The position numbers and the translations under genes were made by a program. Of a stretch of 64,000 bases of DNA, positions 58,785 to 64,000 are shown one piece after another. Source of the stretch: an uncultured Acidobacteriota bacterium (lineage in GTDB: Bacteria; Acidobacteriota; Thermoanaerobaculia; Multivoradales; UBA5704); contig CAVYRF010000001.1 in the NCBI GenBank assembly GCA_963770895.1, positions 1,472,001 through 1,536,000 of the forward strand, written 5' to 3'. Position 1 is the first letter of the stretch. Every line of letters begins with the position of its first letter. The notes beneath the pieces were generated by a model, which had not been told where the DNA came from, did no database searches, and saw nothing but the letters and a program-made list of their open reading frames with translations.

Positions 58785-60235
58785 TGAGCGTCGCCGACCG
58801 CCTGTCCTCCTTGAGCCGGGAGCAGCGGGCCCTGTTCGAGCGGCTGCTGCAGCAGCAGAGCCGCCCGGGGGCCCGAACTCCGCCGCCGGTACGCCCGGTC
58901 TCCGGCCCGTCCGGCGTCGGCGACTGGCCTCTCTCCTTCGACCAGGAGCGGGTCTTGCAGCTCCACCGGGACGATCCCGGTCTGGTCGCCTGGAACGTGG
59001 ATGTGGGCAGCCACGTCACGGGCGAGCTGGATGTCCCTCTGTTCCTGGCCGCCTTCCGCGAGGTCGTCCGCCGGCACGCGGCTTGGCGCACCACGTTTCC
59101 GGTCGTGGATGGCCGTCCCGTGCAGCGGGTCCATCCCTGGGTGGAGCCCGGGGCCTGCGTCATCGACTTGAGCGAACTGCCGGCGGCGAGGAAGGAGGAG
59201 ACAGGGCACGCGGCCCTCTACGAGCACACGCGGAACCCGTTCGACCTGGAGGAGGGACCACTGCTGCGCATCGCGCTGGTGCGGCTCGCCGGGCGGGAGC
59301 ATCTGCATCAGGTGACGATCCATCACACGGTCACGGACTGGATCGCCTATCAGATCTTCTTCCAGGAGCTGATCGCCCTGTACGAGGCGTTCCGCGCCGG
59401 CCGTCCCTCGCCGCTGCCGCCGCCGCCCGTGCAGTTCCCCGACTTTGCCGTGTGGGAGCGGGAGTGGCTCCAGGGGGAGGTGCTGGACGAAGAGGCCCGC
59501 TTCTGGCGCCGGGAGCTGGAGGGCTTCCCCTTGGTGCTGGACCTTCCGGCGAGCCGCCCTCGTCCGCCGGTGCAGAGCCAGCGGGGTGGGCTCCTGCGCA
59601 TCGCGGCCGGGTCCGGGCGCACGGACCGCCTGCGAGCGCTGGCGCAGAGGGAGGGGGGCACCATGTTCATGGCGGTGCTGGCTGTCCTCAACGCGCTCGT
59701 GCGGGGCCTCACCGGGCGGGACAGAATCGTGATCGGCTCGAACAGCGCCAACCGGCCCCGGCCGGAGCTGGCGGGGGTGGCCGGCTTCTTCCTCACCCAG
59801 GTGCCCTTCGCGACCGACGTGTCGGGAGATCCCACGTTCCGCGAGCTGCTCGCCCGCACGAAGCGAACGGCCCTGGCGGCCTACGCTCACCAGAACCTGC
59901 CGTTCACCAAGCTGATCGAAGCGCTGGAGCTGGAGCCCGACCCGAGCCGCTACCCGGTCGTGCAGGTCCTCCTTCTGGTCCTGGAGGGGCAGAGCCGGGG
60001 TCGATCCGGGAACCTGGATTTCCGGCCGGTGTGGATCTCCGACGGCAACTCCCGCTGGGACCTCGCGATCGTCCTCTACGACTACCACGACGTCGGTCTC
60101 ACCGGGGCCCTGGAGTACAACGCGGACATCTTCGATGCCCGGGACGCCGAGCGGCTGGTCGGTCGGTTGCTCTCGATCCTCGATGCCGTGGCCACCGACC
60201 CCGACGTCCACCTGTCCGGTCTGGAGCTCAGATGA
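58784..60235 (+). CDS. Stand-alone condensation-family protein
   Basis: PLSFDQER, HAAWRTTF, PFDL, HHTVTDW; no A or T domain. Confidence 0.88.
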   Translation: MSVADRLSSLSREQRALFERLLQQQSRPGARTPPPVRPVSGPSGVGDWPLSFDQERVLQLHRDDPGLVAWNVDVGSHVTGELDVPLFLAAFREVVRRHAAWRTTFPVVDGRPVQRVHPWVEPGACVIDLSELPAARKEETGHAALYEHTRNPFDLEEGPLLRIALVRLAGREHLHQVTIHHTVTDWIAYQIFFQELIALYEAFRAGRPSPLPPPPVQFPDFAVWEREWLQGEVLDEEARFWRRELEGFPLVLDLPASRPRPPVQSQRGGLLRIAAGSGRTDRLRALAQREGGTMFMAVLAVLNALVRGLTGRDRIVIGSNSANRPRPELAGVAGFFLTQVPFATDVSGDPTFRELLARTKRTALAAYAHQNLPFTKLIEALELEPDPSRYPVVQVLLLVLEGQSRGRSGNLDFRPVWISDGNSRWDLAIVLYDYHDVGLTGALEYNADIFDARDAERLVGRLLSILDAVATDPDVHLSGLELR

Positions 60236-63200
60236 GCGTCACCGACCGCCTGGCGGCTCTGGCCCCCGAGCAGCGAGCCCTGTTCGAAAAGCTGCTGGAG
60301 AAGGAGCTCAAGGACGCGCGCACGCACCAGACGGCTCCTCCGATCCTGCCGGTGCCGCGAGACCGTGACCTTCCTCTCTCCTTCGCCCAGCAGCGACTCT
60401 GGCTCATCGACCAGATCGAGCCGGGCAGCCCTGCGTACAACATCCCGCAGGTCCTGCGTCTGGTTGGTGAGCTCGATCCCGGTCTGCTGCAATGGATCTT
60501 CTCCGAAATCGTCCGCCGGCACGAGTCGCTGCGCACGACGTTCATCTCTCGAGAAGACGGTCCCGTGCAGGTGATCGCCTCTCCGGAGCCGCTCGCTCTC
60601 TCGCTCCTCGATCTTTCTCATCTGCCCGCGAAGGAACGCGAATCTCAGGCGCGGGATCTCGCCTTGGCCGCGGCTCGGCGCCCGTTCGACCTGCAGCGGG
60701 GTCCGCTGCTGCGCCTGCTCCTGGTGCGCCTGGTCGAGAGACACCACATCCTGCTCTTGACCATGCACCATATCGTCGCGGATGGCTGGTCCATGGGCAT
60801 CCTGGTCCGCGAGATCATGGCACTGTACACGGCGTTTACCGAAGGCAGACCGTCGACCCTGCCGAAGCTGCCGGTACAGTACGCGGATTTTGCGGTGTGG
60901 CAAGCCTCCTGGTTGCAGGGAGAGGTCCTGGCGAGCGAGATCTCCTTCTGGAAGCGGCAGTTGGCGGGAATGCCGCCGCTCTTGGAGCTGCCCACCGACC
61001 GGCCACGTCCGGCCGTGCAGACCTTCCGCGGCGTCACCCGGCCGTTTCATCTCGAGCCTGGCTCCTCGGACGCCGTGCGCGAGCTGTGCCGGCGCGAAGA
61101 AGCGACCCCCTTCATGGCCCTGCTCGCCTCGTGGGCGGTCCTGCTGGGGCGCCATGCGGGACAGGACGACGTGGTCGTGGGCGCCCCGGTTGCCGGGCGC
61201 AACCGGCGGGAGATCGAAGGATTGATCGGGTTCTTCGTCAACACCCTGGTCCTGCGATCGGATCTGTCCGGAAATCCGAGCTTCCGTGAGCTGCTGCAGC
61301 GAGTGCGCCAGGCGTCGCTCGACGCCTTTGCCCACCCGGATCTCCCCTTCGAGCGGATCGTCGAGGAGATCGGGGTCGAGAGAAACCTGGCGATCTCTCC
61401 GCTCTTTCAGGTGCTCTTCGTTTTTCAGAACGTCCCGGTGGGGAATCTCACCGTGCCGGGGCTGACGCTGTCGCAGATCGACGTGGACGCAGGCATCGCG
61501 AAATTCGATCTCTCCCTGGCCCTGACGGACACGGGAGTCGGGTTTTCGGGCGCTCTCGAATTCGCCACGGACCTGTTTGATGCAACGACCGTGGACCGGC
61601 TTCGGGACCACTTCCGGACCCTGCTGGCAAGTGCCATGTCCGATCCGCAACGGCGCCTGGCGGAGCTGCCGTTGCTGGCGATCGGCGAGCTGCACCAGAT
61701 CCTTTGGGAGTGGAACGATGCTCCAGGTTGGGACGGGTCTGCGTGCGTCCACCACCTCATCGAGACGCAGGCGCGGCGGAGGCCGGAGCTGGCTGCCGTT
61801 CTGACCTCGGATGGAATGGAGATCTCCTATGGCGAGCTCGACCGGCTGGCAGACAGGCTCGCGTTGAGACTGCGCGCGCTCGGTGTGCTGCCGGATGACA
61901 GGGTCGGCGTCTGGCTGGATCGGGGCTGGGAAGGAGTCGTGGCTTTGCTCGCTATTCTGAAGGCGGGTGGCTGCTACCTGCCTCTCGACCCGGCCTACCC
62001 GCGCGAGCGATTGGGATTCATGCTGTCTGACGCTGCGGCACCAGTGATCGTGACGCGCGACGGATTGGTCGAAGCCCAGCCTGTGCAGGGCGTCCGCCTG
62101 CTCTCGCTCGATGACTTCTGGGAGGGCGATCGGCCTCGCGAGGAGAGGAGAGGAGATCTCCCCGTGGTGGATCTCGACCACCTGTCCTACATCGTCTACA
62201 CCTCCGGCTCGACAGGCCAGCCCAAGGGGGTGGCTCTGCCGCACCGCACACTGGCCAACCTGATCGCTTGGCAGCTTGCCGCCTCGGCGGTACCCGCAGG
62301 GCGGACCCTGCAATTCGCCTCGCCGAGCTTCGACGCGTCGCTGCAGGAGACGCTCGCAACCTGGGCCGCGGGGGGCACGCTGGTCCTGTTGTCCGCGGAC
62401 GACCGCAGAGATCCCGAAGCCGTGCTGCGCCGCTTGTGCGGAGCGCGCGTCGAGCGCCTGTTCCTGCCGTTCGTCGCCCTCCAGCAGATCGCCGTGGCAG
62501 CCTCCCGCGCCGGCGCGCTTCCCCCCCTGCGGGAGGTGATCACCGCGGGCGAGCAGCTCCAGGTGACTCCCGAGGTACGTGCCTTCTTCTCGCGCCTTCC
62601 CGGCTGCGTGTTGCGCAACCAGTACGGGCCGTCCGAGACCCACGTGGTGACCGAGTCTTCGCTGTGGACCGAGCCGTGCGGAGAGGTGGAGGAGTGGCCT
62701 GCCTTGCCGTCCATCGGGCGCCCCATCGCCGGCACCGAGGTCCATCTGCTGGATCCTCAGGGCGAGCTGGTCCCGATCGGAGCCCCAGGGGAAATCTATC
62801 TGGGAGGCCAGGGGCTGGCGCGCGGCTACCTGGGCCGTGCGGACCTGACCGCCGCGCGGTTCCTCCCCGATCCATGGGGTAGCCAGGGTGACCGGCTCTA
62901 TCGAACCGGGGATCTGGCACGCCGCAGTCGCTCGGGCGAGATCGAATTCCTGGGCCGCATCGACCACCAGGTCAAGATCCGCGGATTCCGGGTCGAGCCG
63001 GGGGAGATCGAGGCGGCTCTGGCCGAGCACCCCGGCGTGCGCCAGGCCGTGATCGCCGTCCGGGAGGATCTCCCCGGCGGGCGTGGGCTGGTGGCGTTCG
63101 TGGTGCCGGACGGCGAGCCCGTGCCCGCTGTCGCCGAGCTGCGGCAGTTTCTGCGCGAGCGTCTGCCGGAGTTCATGGTGCCCGGCCACCTTACCTTCCT

Positions 63201-64000
63201 CGACCAGCTGCCGGTCACCCCGAGCGGCAAAGTGGACCGCCGGGCTCTGTCGAAGCTGCGGGTCTTCCCCGAAATTCCCCACCGTGCTGACCGGGCGGAG
63301 GCCACGCCGGCCGCCAGCCGGAGCCCGGTCGAAGAGTTGCTGGCCGGGATCTTCGCCGAGCTGCTCCAGGCGGAGCGAGTGGCTCCCGGCGAGAGCTTCT
63401 TTGATCTCGGCGGCCACTCGCTGCTCGCGACCCAGTTGGTGTCGCGGCTGCGGCTGGTCTTCGGCGTGGAGCTGCCGGTGCGGGCGGTGTTCGAAGCTCC
63501 CACCGTAGCCAGCTTGGCCACGGCCGTGCAACGAGCGCGGCGGAAAGGGGAGGCAGCGCGGCTCCCGCCGCTGGTCCGGGTGGCGCGGGAGGGTCCGCTC
63601 CCCCTGTCGTTCGCCCAGCAGCGGCTCTGGCTCGTCGACCAGCTGCAACCCGGCAGCGCGGCCTACAACATCCCCGTGGCGTTGCGCCTCGCGGGGAGAC
63701 TCGATCCGAGGGCTCTGGCGGCGGCGCTGTCGGAGGTCGTCTGGCGCCACGAAGCGCTGCGCACGGTGTTCGAGCTCGGGCCCGCGGGCGAGCCGGTGCA
63801 GCGGATCCAGCCCAGCGCCCCCGTACCCTTGCCGGTGATCGATCTGCGGGGGCTCTCCTCCCCCGCGGCGGAGTCGATGCGTCTGGCGCGGCAGGAGGCG
63901 AGCCGGCCGTTCGATCTGACCGCGGGACCGGTGCTGCGCGCTGCGCTCGTGTTGTCGGGAGAGCTGGAGCAGGTTCTGCTCCTGACCGTCCACCACATCG
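60232..64000 (+). CDS. NRPS C-A(Pro-like)-T-C.., 3'-partial
   Basis: Absent from the ORF track because it runs off the window. MSVTDRL.., HHIVADGWS, YIVYTSGSTGQPKG, code read by eye DAQFIAQVVK, GGHSL, then a second C domain. Confidence 0.92.
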   Translation, partial: MSVTDRLAALAPEQRALFEKLLEKELKDARTHQTAPPILPVPRDRDLPLSFAQQRLWLIDQIEPGSPAYNIPQVLRLVGELDPGLLQWIFSEIVRRHESLRTTFISREDGPVQVIASPEPLALSLLDLSHLPAKERESQARDLALAAARRPFDLQRGPLLRLLLVRLVERHHILLLTMHHIVADGWSMGILVREIMALYTAFTEGRPSTLPKLPVQYADFAVWQASWLQGEVLASEISFWKRQLAGMPPLLELPTDRPRPAVQTFRGVTRPFHLEPGSSDAVRELCRREEATPFMALLASWAVLLGRHAGQDDVVVGAPVAGRNRREIEGLIGFFVNTLVLRSDLSGNPSFRELLQRVRQASLDAFAHPDLPFERIVEEIGVERNLAISPLFQVLFVFQNVPVGNLTVPGLTLSQIDVDAGIAKFDLSLALTDTGVGFSGALEFATDLFDATTVDRLRDHFRTLLASAMSDPQRRLAELPLLAIGELHQILWEWNDAPGWDGSACVHHLIETQARRRPELAAVLTSDGMEISYGELDRLADRLALRLRALGVLPDDRVGVWLDRGWEGVVALLAILKAGGCYLPLDPAYPRERLGFMLSDAAAPVIVTRDGLVEAQPVQGVRLLSLDDFWEGDRPREERRGDLPVVDLDHLSYIVYTSGSTGQPKGVALPHRTLANLIAWQLAASAVPAGRTLQFASPSFDASLQETLATWAAGGTLVLLSADDRRDPEAVLRRLCGARVERLFLPFVALQQIAVAASRAGALPPLREVITAGEQLQVTPEVRAFFSRLPGCVLRNQYGPSETHVVTESSLWTEPCGEVEEWPALPSIGRPIAGTEVHLLDPQGELVPIGAPGEIYLGGQGLARGYLGRADLTAARFLPDPWGSQGDRLYRTGDLARRSRSGEIEFLGRIDHQVKIRGFRVEPGEIEAALAEHPGVRQAVIAVREDLPGGRGLVAFVVPDGEPVPAVAELRQFLRERLPEFMVPGHLTFLDQLPVTPSGKVDRRALSKLRVFPEIPHRADRAEATPAASRSPVEELLAGIFAELLQAERVAPGESFFDLGGHSLLATQLVSRLRLVFGVELPVRAVFEAPTVASLATAVQRARRKGEAARLPPLVRVAREGPLPLSFAQQRLWLVDQLQPGSAAYNIPVALRLAGRLDPRALAAALSEVVWRHEALRTVFELGPAGEPVQRIQPSAPVPLPVIDLRGLSSPAAESMRLARQEASRPFDLTAGPVLRAALVLSGELEQVLLLTVHHI

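Noticed and set aside
60082-63996. Very long minus-strand ORFs (also 55218-58562, 47466-50417, 50463-52580, 52737-55103)
   Set aside because: Antisense shadows of GC-rich NRPS/PKS genes; all domain motifs are on the plus strand

Overview
High-GC bacterial window. Gene families suggest Acidobacteriota (Thermoanaerobaculia-like), which is an inference. It has three blocks. (1) 1-4650: distal end of a type III-D-like CRISPR-Cas effector operon (Csx7/Cas7 RAMP, Csx19-like, second Cas7 RAMP, Cas11-like small subunit, TIGR02710 CARF-HEPN effector) ending in a deleted cas6; no CRISPR array is present. (2) ~4650-36800: a decayed mobile-DNA region. It holds repeated SLOG-SSB cassettes, a second cas6 remnant, an orphan lanthipeptide-type precursor, three tyrosine-integrase remnants, an intact IS3 (3-bp TSD), UPF0175/DUF3368 TA pairs, satellite-like DUF3631 modules and a tandem LecA-like lectin. 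It also holds an IS21 (8-bp TSD) whose istA is interrupted by a y4bABCD-type serine-recombinase element. (3) 36934-64000: a hybrid lipopeptide NRPS/PKS cluster that runs off the right edge. Three observations stand out. (a) In-silico excision of the recombinase element at a CAA core restores istA in frame and also joins an RBS+ATG to the DUF5372 ORF across the circle junction. (b) A PhpK-family radical SAM enzyme and a stand-alone A-T protein both carry half condensation domains, next to a Cys-nucleophile thioesterase-fold enzyme and NRPS modules lacking A domains, suggesting trans-loading of a modified residue. (c) The same three-way-junction palindrome lies 3' of the transposition genes of both IS3 and IS21. 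All family calls are from motif recognition by eye, with no database searches. Single-base frameshifts could be sequencing errors.
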